From Eledone cirrhosa (taxonomy: Eukaryota): DNA of 64,000 nucleotides. Positions 1 through 14,475 of the stretch are shown piece after piece (positions within the stretch are counted from its first letter, which is position 1; the number at the start of each line of letters is the position of its first letter). Where the stretch lies: contig OZ024758.1 of assembly GCA_964016885.1 (NCBI GenBank), forward strand, positions 16,678,001-16,742,000. Direction: 5' to 3'. The position numbers and the translations under genes are program-made. A model generated the notes under the pieces. That model was not told where the DNA came from, did no database searches, and saw only the letters and a list, made by a program, of their open reading frames with translations.

Positions 1-69
1 CATCAATATTTGCGTAACTATAGATACTCCAGCTTTCATGATTGATATTAAACAATTTCTACTCCATAC

Positions 70-234
70 TTTGCAGTTGAACAGTGAGGAATATGAAGGG
101 TATTCAACAGTAAACCACAGTAGGAGATGGCCATTTACAAACATGACCCCTATATGGTCTACAGGCATTTTCCGCATATCTTCCTCACTATCATACAGTA
201 TATCGCATTTGCCATTATGTCCACCTGGACCGTA
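70..234 (-). CDS. Candidate internal exon of an unidentified host gene (55 codons, phase 0-0): YGPGGHNGKCDILYDSEEDMRKMPVDHIGVMFVNGHLLLWFTVEYPSYSSLFNCK
   Basis: Minus strand reads ttttgttgctgcAG acceptor, then 165 nt stop-free with protein-like composition, then GTatgg donor. Product not recognised. Confidence 0.5.
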
Positions 235-262
235 CTGCAGCAACAAAATTAAACGTGATGTT

Positions 263-420
263 AATTGTTTCTACTTTTGGCACAAGGCCAGTAATTACAC
301 CAGTGCATTACAGGTACTTTATTTTATCGACCCCGTAAGGATGAAAGGTTAAGTAACGGGCCGTAATTCTATGCTGCAAAGCATGGCGTCATACCCTCTA
401 CCGATACTGCCAATACACCA
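263..420 (-). mobile_element. tRNA-derived SINE (family A), internally deleted copy
   Basis: Matches the window-wide consensus ...cctttcatccttacggggtcgataaaataaagtacc...ggccttgtgccaaaagtagaaacaatt. Confidence 0.8.
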
Positions 421-750
421 TCCTGCGTAATGTTAATAATCCAAACTGTCTCAAAATACTCAATAATAATATAAACTAAAAATTGTAAAAGCATCAAAGC
501 AATAGACTACTGGTATAATGAAGGATTTCTTAATGGACCTCATGAACTGATATAAGTAGAAGCCTTGCTTCATGAAAGGTATAGCCCAGCGAGTTAAAAA
601 ACAAGTGAATTCTGATAATATAGTTGCGAATAAAATATGACTATCATTATTTTCTAATTCAAGAAAACGTTTAAATATAAGTTTGAAAGCAGAGGAAATG
701 GAAGTAGTTCCAGCTAGATCCTGTTAACAAAATCCTCATGCTGTTTAAAT

Positions 751-1068
751 CAGAGGTGTGCAACAGGCAGTCCGCGGGCCACAATCTGGCCCACCAGACC
801 AGTTAGAGCGACCCACGATGACCGTTTTTAATGTTTACCTTGAATGCTATTTAGAATTTTTTTCGGAACCGTAACACAATTTTCTGTTAGTTGACCTATA
901 CTAAAGGGCTTCACTGATAGGGTTATTTGTGTTATAATTTCCCAGTTCCATGTTATGGAAAGAAGTTGTGGTGAATATTTGGAATAGTGCTTAATAAATA
1001 TTAATGGCCCTAATAGTTATTCCAATGTTCAAAAGTGGCCCGCCAATGGAATATGTTGCACTCACTAC
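751..1068. mobile_element. Degenerate non-autonomous hAT (Charlie-like) element
   Basis: Imperfect TIRs cagaggtgtgcaac / gttgcactcact and subterminal gcgggcc / tggccc motifs typical of hAT MITEs. Confidence 0.5.
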
Positions 1069-1274
1069 AAGTCTCCGATTTCCGAATGGCTAAATATCAG
1101 TAGAAGGGCACCCAGGAGTTATGGCTTGGATGTAGTCCGACCCCCTTAGAGTATAACAAGTAATAGGCTGAAACACTCGCTTGAGAGAAGGGTTTCTGCT
1201 CTGAGGACCGTCTGAGCACCTTCTGCTGTCCAGCCCTCCTGAGAGTTTCTTACCACCGTCTTATCTAGATGCTA

Positions 1275-1440
1275 GTGTAGAAAAATCAGGTTTGACTGAG
1301 GAAGAGAGCAACATTTTACCGTTTTGGGCGAAACCCCTTTCAATATAGAGTCCATAGAAAAAGGTCAGAATTTTCCTCTTCCCGTCGGCAAACTAATTTG
1401 TTCCACCCCTGAACTGTTTATTCTCACTAATTCCCGATAC
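1275..1440. repeat. Dispersed repeat copy 1, holding the single ancestral 27-mer of the downstream minisatellite
   Basis: agtgtagaaaaatcaggtttgactgaggaagagagcaacatt...cactaattcccga recurs at 1598-1636 plus 3405-3545. Confidence 0.8.
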
Positions 1441-1597
1441 TGCCAATCCACCGCCCAATGATTTGTACTATAGGAACAAGGCTAGCAATTTTGAGGAAGG
1501 AAAGTCGTTTAAATCAACCCAGTACATTACTGGTACTTAATTTTATCGACCTCGTAAGGATGAAAGGCAAAGCTAACCTCAGCGGGCTTTGAATTCA
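1430..1597 (-). mobile_element. SINE family A, rearranged fragments
   Basis: ccgatactgccaatccaccgccc head and tactggtact...gtaaggatgaaaggcaaag core. Confidence 0.7.
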
Positions 1598-1609
1598 GTG
1601 TAGAAAAAT

Positions 1610-3419
1610 TAGGTTGGGCTAAGGAAGAGAGCAACATAGGTTTGGCTAAGGAAGGGAGCAACATAGGTTTGGCTAAGGAAGGGAGCGACATAGGTTTGGC
1701 TAAGGAAGGGAGCAACATAGGTTTGGCTAAGGAAGAGAGCAACATAGGTTTGGCTAAGGAAGAGAGCAACATAGGTTTGGCTAAGGAAGAGAGCAACATA
1801 GGTTTGGCTAAGGAAGAGAGCAACATAGGTTTGGCTAAGGAAGAGGGCAACATAGGTTTGGCTAAGGAAGGGAGCAACATAGGTTTGGCTAAGGAAGGGA
1901 GCAACATAGGTTTGGCTAAGGAAGGGAGCAACATAGGTTTGGCTAAGGAAGGGAGCAACATAGGTTTGGCTAAGGAAGGGAGCAACATAGGTTTGGCTAA
2001 GGAAGGGAGCAACATAGGTTTGGCTAAGGAAGGGAGCAACATAGGTTTGGCTAAGGAAGAGAGCAACATAGGTTTGGCTAAGGAAGAGAGCAACATAGGT
2101 TTGGCTAAGGAAGGGAGAAACACAGGTTTGGCTAAGGAAGGGAACAACATAGGTTTGGCTAAGGAAGGGAGCAACATAGGTTTGGCTAAGGAAGAGAGCA
2201 ACATAGGTTTGGCTAAGGAAGAGAGCAACATAGGTTTGGCTAAGGAAGAGAGCAACATAGGTTTGGCTAAGGAAGAGAACAACATAGGTTTGGCTAAGGA
2301 AGAGAGCAACATAGGTTTGGCTAAGGAAGGGAGCAACATAGGTTTGGCTAAGGAAGGGAGCAACATAGGTTTGGCTAAGGAAGGAAGCAACATAGGTTTG
2401 GCTAAGGAAGGGAGCAACATAGGTTTGGCTAAGGAAGAGAGCAACATAGGTTTGGCTAAGGAAGAGAGCAACATAGGTTTGGCTAAGGAAGAGAGCAACA
2501 TAGGTTTGGCTAAGGAAGAGAGCAACATAGGTTTGGCTAAGGAAGAGGGCAACATAGGTTTGGCTAAGGAAGGGAGCAACATAGGTTTGGCTAAGGAAGG
2601 GAGCAACATAGGTTTGGCTAAGGAAGGGAGCAACATAGGTTTGGCTAAGGAAGGGAGCAACATAGGTTTGGCTAAGGAAGGGAGCAACATAGGTTTGGCT
2701 AAGGAAGAGAGCAACATAGGTTTGGCTAAGGAAGAGAGCAACATAGGTTTGGCTAAGGAAGGGAGCAACACAGGTTTGGCTAAGGAAGGGAACAACATAG
2801 GTTTGGCTAAGGAAGGGAGCAACATAGGTTTGGCTAAGGAAGAGAGCAACATAGGTTTGGCTAAGGAAGAGAGCAACATAGGTTTGGCTAAGGAAGAGAG
2901 CAACATAGGTTTGGCTAAGGAAGAGAACAACATAGGTTTGGCTAAGGAAGAGAGCAACATAGGTTTGGCTAAGGAAGGGAGCAACATAGGTTTGGCTAAG
3001 GAAGGGAGCAACATAGGTTTGGCTAAGGAAGGAAGCAACATAGGTTTGGCTAAGGAAGGGAGCAACATAGGTTTGGCTAAGGAAGAGAGCAACATAGGTT
3101 TGGCTAAGGAAGGGAGCAACATAGGTTTGGCTAAGGAAGGGAGCAACATAGGTTTGGCTAAGGAAGAGAGCAACATAGGTTTGGCTAAGGAAGAGAGCAA
3201 CATAGGATTGGCTAAGGAAGGGAGCAACATAGGTTTGGCTAAGGAAGGGAGCAACATAGGTTTGGCTAAGGAAGAGAGCAACATAGGTTTGGCTAAGGAA
3301 GAGAGCAACATAGGTTTGGCTAAGGAAGAGAGCAACATAGGTTTGGCTAAGGAAGAGAGCAACATAGGTTTGGATAAGGAAGAGAGCAACATAGGTTTGG
3401 CTAAGGAAGAGAACAACAT
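1610..3419. repeat. 27-bp minisatellite, ~67 copies (aggtttggctaaggaagRgagcaacat), with a 648-bp higher-order duplication
   Basis: Exact 27-nt period. Rare variants recur 648 nt apart (cacagg at 2121/2769, ggaagagaac at 2271/2919). Confidence 0.95.
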
Positions 3420-3829
3420 TGTACCGTTTCGGGCAGAGCCCCTTTCGATATAGAGTCCAGGGTAAAAGGTCAGAATTTTCCTCTCCCTGTCGGCAAACTA
3501 ATTTGTTCTACTCTTGAACTGTTTATTATCACTAATTCCCGACACAGACCAGCATTAGTTTGCTCGGATCTTACTGTTTACTTTACTTAATTAACCTTAG
3601 GGTCACTAAATAATTAAATAAATATTCTGAATTGTGTCTAATTTCAGATCTATTAATCTTCGTCTCACATCTACTTAATTAACAACAGTGTTGCTGCTTG
3701 ATACTGATAACCATAATCATCATCATCATCGTCATCATCATCTTAAGGTATATACGTACATATGTGTATTTCTTTATTCTTTCACCAGAAACGTTGTGGC
3801 AACATATAGTCTTTATAAAGGATATCAGA

Positions 3830-3840
3830 TAGACACATAC

Positions 3841-3931
<91 letters not shown>

Positions 3932-3995
3932 TATACACACATTTTATATATATACATACACACGTACATACATATATACACACACATATATATAC

Positions 3996-4028
<33 letters not shown>

Positions 4029-4034
4029 TTTATA

Positions 4035-4080
<46 letters not shown>

Positions 4081-5581
4081 GAGAAATTAATGCAAGCAAG
4101 AAGCCAACAGTAATTCATAATATATAAGTGACTATAACGTCAATATATATATATATAGTCATAAACACATTTTAAATATATATATATATATATATAAATA
4201 TATATATATACATATACATATATATATATACATATATACATATACATATACACATACATATATACATATACATATACACATACATATATACATATAAATA
4301 TATATATACATACATATAAATATATACATAAAAATATATATATACATATACATATAAATATATATATAAATATATATATACACATATACATATAAATATA
4401 TATATAAATATATATATACACATATACATATAAATATATATATAAATATATATATACACATATATAAATATACATATATATATATATATACACATATATA
4501 AATATACATATATATATATAAATATATATATACATATAAATATATATACATATATAAATATATATATACATATAAATACATATATATATATACAAATATG
4601 CATATATATACATATAATATATATACATATATAAATATATATATACATATAAATACATATATATATATACAAATATGCATATATATACATATAAATATAT
4701 ATACATATATAAATATATATATACATATACATATATATATATACAAATATGCATATATATACATATATATACATATAAACATATATAAATATACATATAT
4801 GCATATATAACATATATATACATATATATATATACAATATGCATATATATACATATATATACATATAAATACATATATATATAATATATGCATATAAATA
4901 CATATATATATATACATATATGCATATATATACATATATATACATATAATACATATATATACATATATATACATATAAATACATATATATATATACATAT
5001 ATGCATATATATACATATACATATATATACATATATATACATATATACATATATGCATATATATACATTACATATATACATATATATACATAATACACAT
5101 ATATGCATATATATACATATATACACATATATGCATATATATACATATACATATATACACATATATACATATATACACATATATGCATATATATACATAT
5201 ATACACATATATGCATATATATACATATATATACATATATATACATATATACACATATATGCATATATATACATATATATACATATATATACATATATAC
5301 ACATATATATGCATATATACACATATATATACATATATACACATATATATGCATATATACACATATATATGCATATATACACATATATATACATATATAC
5401 ACATATATATGCATATATACACATATATATGCATATATATACATATACATATATATACATATATATACATATATATACACATATATATAGATATACATAT
5501 ATATATATATACATATATATATTACATATATATATATAACATATACATATATATATATATATACATATATATAATATATAC

Positions 5582-5616
<35 letters not shown>

Positions 5617-5650
5617 CAATATATATATATATACATATATATATATAAAC

Positions 5651-5681
<31 letters not shown>

Positions 5682-5811
5682 CATATATATATATAACATA
5701 TATATAATATACATATAATATAATATATACAATATATATATATATACACATATATATATACACATATATATATACACATATATATATTACACATATATTA
5801 TATATATATAC

Positions 5812-5890
<79 letters not shown>

Positions 5891-5962
5891 CATATATATA
5901 CATATATAATATATATAATATATATACAATATATACATATATATATATATACATATATATAC

Positions 5963-5995
<33 letters not shown>

Positions 5996-6006
5996 CATAT
6001 ATATAC

Positions 6007-6039
<33 letters not shown>

Positions 6040-6100
6040 CATATATATATATACATATATATATATATACATATATATATATACATATATATATATATAC

Positions 6101-6185
<85 letters not shown>

Positions 6186-6197
6186 CATATATATATT

Positions 6198-6247
<50 letters not shown>

Positions 6248-6285
6248 CATATATATATTTATATATATATATACATATATATATT

Positions 6286-6335
<50 letters not shown>

Positions 6336-6535
6336 TGCATATATATACATATATATATATATATATACATATATGCAAATATATACATATATATATATAT
6401 ATATACATATATATAATATACATATACATACACATATATACATACACATATTTATATATACATATGCATATATACACACATATATATATATACATATATA
6501 CATATACATATATACATATACATATCTATGTATAC

Positions 6536-6571
<36 letters not shown>

Positions 6572-7338
6572 ATATACATACATATATACATATACATATA
6601 TATATATATATATATACACAATATATACATACATATATACATACATATATACATATATATACATATATACATATATATACATATATACATACATATATAC
6701 ATATACATATATATACACATATACATATACACATATACATTATATATATACTCATATACATATACACATATACATATATATATACACATATACATATACA
6801 TATATATATACATATATATATACATATACATATATATATATATAATCATATACATATATATACATATACATATATATACATATATATATATACACACATA
6901 TACATATATACACACATATACATATATATACATATACACAACATATACATATATACACACATACATATATATATACACATATACATATATACATATATAT
7001 ATATACACATATATATATATACATATATATATATACACATATATATATATACATATATATATATATACACATATATATATATACACATATATATATATAC
7101 ACACATATATATACACATATATATATACACATATATATATACATATATACATATATACATATATACACATATATGTATACATATATACATATATACACAT
7201 ATAGATACATATATATACACATATAGATACATATATACATAATACACATATAGATACATATATATATACACATATAGATACATATATATATATACACATA
7301 TATACATATATACATATACCACATATACACATATATAC

Positions 7339-7369
<31 letters not shown>

Positions 7370-7714
7370 TATATATATATACACATATACATATATACAT
7401 ATAAACATATATATATATATACATATAAACATATATATATATACACATATATATATATACACATATATACATATATATATACACATATATATATATACAC
7501 ATATATATATATACACATATATATATATACACATATATATATACACACATATATATATACACACATATATATACACACATATATATATACACATATATAT
7601 ATACACACACATATATATACACACATATATATATATACACATATATATATACACATATATATATACACATATATATATATACACATATATATATATACAC
7701 ATATATATATATAC

Positions 7715-7745
<31 letters not shown>

Positions 7746-7820
7746 CATATATATATATACATATATATATATACATATATATACATATATATATATACAT
7801 ATATATATATACATATATAC

Positions 7821-7851
<31 letters not shown>

Positions 7852-8250
7852 CATATATATATATACATATATATATATATACATATATATATACACATAT
7901 ATATATATACATATATATATACACATATATATATACACATATATATATACATATATATATACACATATATATATATACATATATATATACACATATATAT
8001 ACACATATATATATACACATATATATATACACATATATATATATACATATATATATATACATACACACATATATATATACATATATATACATATATATGT
8101 ATACACATATATATATATATACATATATACACACATATATATACATATACATATATACACATATATACACATATATACATATATATATACACATATATAT
8201 ACATATATATATATACACATATATATATACACATATATATATATATACAT

Positions 8251-8287
<37 letters not shown>

Positions 8288-8402
8288 CATATGTATATAT
8301 ACATATATATACATACATATGTATATATACATATATATATGCATATGCATATACACATATATACATACATACACATATATACATACACATATATACACAC
8401 AC

Positions 8403-8489
<87 letters not shown>

Positions 8490-8570
8490 TGTATATACAT
8501 ATATATATACATATATGTACACACACACATATATGCATGCACGCACATATATATGCGCTCATACACACAC

Positions 8571-8609
<39 letters not shown>

Positions 8610-8610
8610 A
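3830..8610. repeat. Large compound (TA)n/(TACA)n microsatellite
   Basis: Purine-pyrimidine alternating sequence; source of the YI/HI/CV ORFs. Confidence 0.95.
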
Positions 8611-9249
8611 TTTACGCACATACTCATACGTACATGAAAAATGGCTGTTAGCTATTCCCAATGAAAGTGACTAACATACAGATTACAAATACATCGTGTA
8701 AGATGATCAATACAATTATGCAAGTCGTTTAAAGTCCATGATGTATCAGGTCCCCGTTGTTTCATAAATTACAACAATATTACTTTATTGTCTTCTTCGA
8801 AACTAACCCATCCTTCATATGTAGAGGTCAAATAATTGAAAAATGTTTCACAATACATGAATACACGCTTACATACATGCTTATATGTAACTCTTCTGCC
8901 TTATTTGTTTAGTAAATATAAGATTCAAATGAATGTTCTTATCTAATATTTGAAGTTGATAGGCGACGAAGATAACATAGCACAAGTGGCACATTACTAG
9001 TAATTGACAAAGAATTAGCTTATATTAAATGCAAGCATAGTCAAGTATAAGCAAATACAGAGTATAGATTCTTTAGACACTAATATGAAAACTCTGTGCT
9101 TTTGGAGAGACAGTAATATGTTTACAGGTGAAGGATGCTGTTCGGTCTATTTAGCTTGAAACGCAGACATGGTTGGTCTGTGATAGGTGGCTGCGTGTCG
9201 CGATAAATGTGAACTAATGTAGTATTTGTGTTCTTTCAAATACAAACCA

Positions 9250-10910
9250 TATTTGTGCAACGTACTGACACAAAAAATATATTTGTGGAAGGTACTGACA
9301 CAAAAAATATATTTGTGGAAGGTACTGACACAAAAAATATATTTGTGAAAGGTACTGACACAAAAAATATATTTGTGTGAAAGGTATAGACGCAAAAATA
9401 TATATTTGTGAAAGGTACTGATACAAAAAATATATTTGTGTGAAAGGTGCTAACACAAAAATATATATTTGTGAAAGGTAGAGGCGCAAAAATATATATT
9501 TGTGAAAGGTACTGACACAAAAATATATATTTGTGAAAGGTACAGACGCAAAAATATATATTTGTGAAAGGTACAGACGCAAAAATATATATTTGTGAAA
9601 GGTACAGACGCAAAAATATATATTTGTGAAAGGTATTGATACAAAAATATATTTGTGAAAGGTACTGACACAAAAATATATTTGTGAAAGGTACTGACAC
9701 AAAAATATATTTGTGAAAGGTACTGACACAAAAATATATTTGTGAAAGGTACTGACACAAAAAATATATTTGTGTGAAAGGTACTGACACAAAAATATAT
9801 ATTTGTGAAAGGTCCTGACACAAAAAATATATTTGTGTGAAAGGTACCGACACAAAAATATATATTTGTGAAAGGTATAGACGCAAAAATATATATTTGT
9901 GAAAGGTATAGACGCAAAAATATATATTTGTGAAAGGTATAGACGCAAAAATATATTTGTGAAAGGTACTGACACAAAAATATATATTTGTGAAAGGTAC
10001 TGACACAAAAATATATATTTGTGAAAGGTATAGACGCAAAAATATATATTTGTGAAAGGTATAGACGCAAAAATATATTTGTGAAAGGTACTGACACAAA
10101 AATATATATTTGTGAAAGGTATTGATACAAAAATATATTTGTGAAAGGTACTGACACAAAAAATATATTTGTCTGAAAGGTCCTGACACAAAAAATATAT
10201 TTGTGTGAAAGGTGCTAACACAAAAATATATATTTGTGAAAGGTAGAGACGCAAAAATATATATTTGTGAAAGGTACTGACACAAAAATATATTTGTGGA
10301 AAGTACTGCCATAAAATATATATCTGTGAAAGGTACTGACACAAAAATATATTTGTGAAAGGTACTGACACAAAAAATATATTTGTGTGAAAGGTACTGA
10401 CACAAAAAATATATTTGTGTGAAAGGTGCTAACACAAAAATATATATTTGTGAAAGGTATAGACGCAAAAATATATATTTATGAAAGGTAGAGACGCAAA
10501 AATATATATTTGTGAAGGGTACTGACACAAAAATATATATTTGTGAAAGGTACTGACACAAAAACATATTTGTGGAAAGTACTGCCATAAAATATATATC
10601 TGTGAAAGGTACTGACATAACAAATATATTTGTGAAAGGTACTGGCACAAAAATATATATTTGTGGAAGGTACTGGCGCAAAAATATATATTTGTAAAAG
10701 GTACAGACCCAAAATATATATTTGTGAAAGATACAGACGCAAAAATATATATTTGTGAAAGGTACTGACATAAAAAATATATGTGTAAAAGGTACTGACA
10801 TAAAAAATATATGTGTAAAAGGTACTGACACACTGACACAAACATATATTTGTGAAAGGTACTGACACAAAAAATTATATTCGTGGAAGGTACTGACACA
10901 AACTTGTGAA
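9250..10910. repeat. ~30-33-bp minisatellite (atttgtgaaaggtactgacacaaaaatat)
   Basis: Roughly 50 tandem units with length variation in the A and TA runs. Confidence 0.95.
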
Positions 10911-11508
10911 AGTTACAAAATCTACTCATATTTATTCAAAGGATGGATGGAATATTTCGCTTAATGAAACAGACAAAAGTCTGGATATATTTATGCGACC
11001 AATGATAATAAATATGAGTTTAAACATAGGTATGCTGTTGACTATATTCATTTCTGGCATACATGAAGTGTAACACCTCGAAATGTATCAGAGATAATAG
11101 TTTAATTTGGGAACGCAAGGAGAGTTTTTACAACTAATAACAGTAAAAAGGTAATACATAAACCAATAAAAATATAAGAACAATATATATACAAACAATA
11201 AAAATTAACAAAATATATAAACAATATATATAAACAGTATAAATATACAAGAAAAGGAAAATAAATTGAATTTTCTTTCTAGTGGTTGCGTTCCTTTAGC
11301 ACACACAGTGTTTTAGATGTAATATAATGTATTCAACATTTTGGTAGACACAAACACTTTCTGTTTGAATATAAGCATTAACAATATACTTATGTATCAA
11401 TTTAGACGAAATGACATTCATTAGCAACATCTTTGATGTATGTTGACTGGGATGCTTTAAAAACTGTTTACTATTTTATTTAATCCCAACCTATCTCTCT
11501 CCATATAT

Positions 11509-11555
<47 letters not shown>

Positions 11556-11608
11556 CATACAGTCATATATATATACATATACATGCACATATATTTACAC
11601 ATATATAC

Positions 11609-11649
<41 letters not shown>

Positions 11650-12129
11650 GTATACATGGATATGTATTTTATATACATTTTAATGAGAAGTGTTTAAAAT
11701 ATTTGTGCCATGAAATATCTGTATCATAAAAAAGTTACTGGCATAAATAAGAAAAGTCATTAATTTAATTACAATATGCAAAGATAAGAAAATAATTAAG
11801 TAGAGTACAAGTAAAGGTTATACAAGTATAGACATATTACAATAATTATTTTTACAAAGGATGCAAGAACAAAAAAATTCAATCAAATTTTATGATAGCT
11901 GGATAAGTCAACCAATGAAACTATTTTATGATTCTGTGAGAATTTATGGCAGTTAAACAATGCTTAGAAGGGAAATAAATAATTTTCTATATAGATAATA
12001 AACACAACCACAAGGATATGGTCCGAACGTGGAAGAGCCGAACATCCACTGTCTTCGCCTGCTTCTCTCTCGCCCTCCCCAACTCTCTGCATGGTGAGCA
12101 AATGTTGTCCCAACAGCTGGCATCTCCAC

Positions 12130-12430
12130 AGCCCCGGCGGACAGAATGGAGAAGGCGTTTCCTTTCCCTGAAGGATGGTAAGGGAGATGCGCTGGAAGAG
12201 CCATTCCATCTCGTAAGGCTCACACCTGCGACTGGCCAGCTTAGCGTCTATGGTGTTGAGTAGAGAGGTAGCCCTAGGGCCCAGGACACCAGAAGTCTCC
12301 AATGCCAAGGGCACGACCGGTACTTGGAGAGTTTGCCCTCCTCAGCCCGACGTGCAGCAGAACCTAGGTTAGTCGCAGACTGCACGAGGCTGCGGCTGGA
12401 GAAAGTGTTGCTGCAAGTGGCATCCCAGAT
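12130..12430 (-). mobile_element. 3' fragment of a CRE-clade non-LTR retrotransposon (restriction-like endonuclease C-terminus)
   Basis: Minus-strand peptides SAARRAEEGK..KY and PLALETSGVLGPRATSLL...EPYEMEWLFQRISLTILQG match the CRE signature (AE..K..KY; P.A.ET.G..G; LFQR.S..I.RGN). Frameshifted. Confidence 0.75.
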
Positions 12431-12489
12431 ATAAACTGAATGGAAAAAAGAAAAGCTACTAAAGGGGAGGTCACCACAAATCTGTTTGT

Positions 12490-12779
12490 ATTAAACATAG
12501 CACTACTGGACATTGCTGAGTTTTTGAGTATCAGGTATTTGGAGGCCATGGGTTTAGCATAGTGTGAGTGGAGAATTTGGGCTCTCTCGTCTATAGTGTT
12601 AATCCAGAGTTCTGTGTCTAATACAGGTAGTCTATTGTGAGGGTGTTTGGAAGGGAAGTCGATAGTTACAGTTATACTCTGGTGTATGGAATTAGCTATC
12701 TGCTGGATGCTTTCCATCGTGCTACGTTCTAAATCAAACTTGTTAGTGCTCTCTAGTGGGGGTATTCTTATAACTATAT

Positions 12780-12780
<1 letters not shown>
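12490..12780 (-). mobile_element. Internal RT fragment of the same Penelope-like family as the 47-50 kb element
   Basis: Near-identical to 48857-49145 ([19 protein letters not shown]...[10 protein letters not shown]). One end abuts a (TA)n tract, the other lies ~60 nt from the CRE fragment. Confidence 0.92.
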
Positions 12781-12842
<62 letters not shown>

Positions 12843-13014
12843 TATATGAAAAGTGTAATTTTCTACACAAAACGAAGGTTATAGAGAAAATTGAGGTTGG
12901 TAATGGCACATGGAATATATAAGAGACAGAATACTTTTTTGTGAAAAAACATAATTTTATAAGGTAAGGAAATAATAAAGGGTATAAAAAATGACCGGTT
13001 TCGATGGGTCTGCA

Positions 13015-13114
13015 TATATATATATAAATATATATATGTATATATATAAATAAATATATATATGTATATATATAAATATATATATATAAATATATATATA
13101 AATATATATATATA

Positions 13115-13146
<32 letters not shown>

Positions 13147-13498
13147 AATATATATATATAAATATATATAAAAATATCTATATATATAAATATCTATATA
13201 TATAAATATCTATATATATATATTTAAATATATATATATTTAAATATATATATATTTAAATATATATATATTTAAATATATATATATATAAATATATAAA
13301 ATATATATATATATATATAAATATATAAAATATATATATATATATATATAAATATATATAAAAAAAAAATATATATATATATGAAAATATATATATATAT
13401 AAATATATATAAAGATATATATATGTATATATTTAAATATATATATGTATATATATATATATATATAAATATATATATATAAAAATATATATATGTAT

Positions 13499-13531
<33 letters not shown>

Positions 13532-13546
13532 AATATATATATGTAT

Positions 13547-13579
<33 letters not shown>

Positions 13580-13594
13580 AATATATATATAAAT

Positions 13595-13627
<33 letters not shown>

Positions 13628-13673
13628 AATATATATATAAATATATATATATAATATAAATATATATATAAAT

Positions 13674-13706
<33 letters not shown>

Positions 13707-13773
13707 AATATATATATAAATATATATATATAATATAAATATATATATATAATATAAATATATATATATATAA

Positions 13774-13822
<49 letters not shown>

Positions 13823-13829
13823 TATATAA

Positions 13830-13880
<51 letters not shown>

Positions 13881-13887
13881 TATATAA

Positions 13888-13918
<31 letters not shown>

Positions 13919-13953
13919 AATATATATATGTATATATATATAAATATATATAA

Positions 13954-13984
<31 letters not shown>

Positions 13985-14025
13985 AATATATATAAATATA
14001 TATAAATATATATATATATATAAAT

Positions 14026-14056
<31 letters not shown>

Positions 14057-14071
14057 AATATATATATGTAT

Positions 14072-14102
<31 letters not shown>

Positions 14103-14163
14103 AATATATATATAAATATATATATATATATAAATATATATATATAAATATATATATAAATAT

Positions 14164-14194
<31 letters not shown>

Positions 14195-14225
14195 AATATA
14201 TATATAAATATATATATATATATAA

Positions 14226-14274
<49 letters not shown>

Positions 14275-14323
14275 TATATATAAATATATATATATATATA
14301 AATATATATATAAATATATATAA

Positions 14324-14394
<71 letters not shown>

Positions 14395-14411
14395 TATATA
14401 TATATATATAA

Positions 14412-14447
<36 letters not shown>
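13015..14447. repeat. (TA)n/(TAAA) compound microsatellite
   Basis: Direct inspection. Confidence 0.95.
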
Positions 14448-14452
<5 letters not shown>

Positions 14453-14475
14453 GATTTAATGCTCTGAAATAGCGA

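Noticed and set aside
1610-3419. CRISPR-like regular repeat
   Set aside because: Units are contiguous with no unique spacers, the context is eukaryotic, and there are no cas genes.
1527-3453. 603-aa and 630-aa ORFs on opposite strands (AKEGSNIGL / LAKPMLLSS repeats)
   Set aside because: They result from a 27-bp (multiple of 3) minisatellite lacking stops in those frames. There are no unique domains, and the flanks are SINE and dispersed repeat.
3679-8674. Numerous YI/HI/CV-rich ORFs here and at 13-19, 26, 34, 38-39, 51 and 59-63 kb
   Set aside because: Translations of (TA)n/(CA)n microsatellites.
8680-8850. Possible second minus-strand exon
   Set aside because: The best frame contains a stop codon and has no convincing splice acceptor.
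9214-10929. Cys/Phe/Tyr-rich ORFs up to 544 aa
   Set aside because: Translations of the ~31-bp minisatellite, open in several frames.
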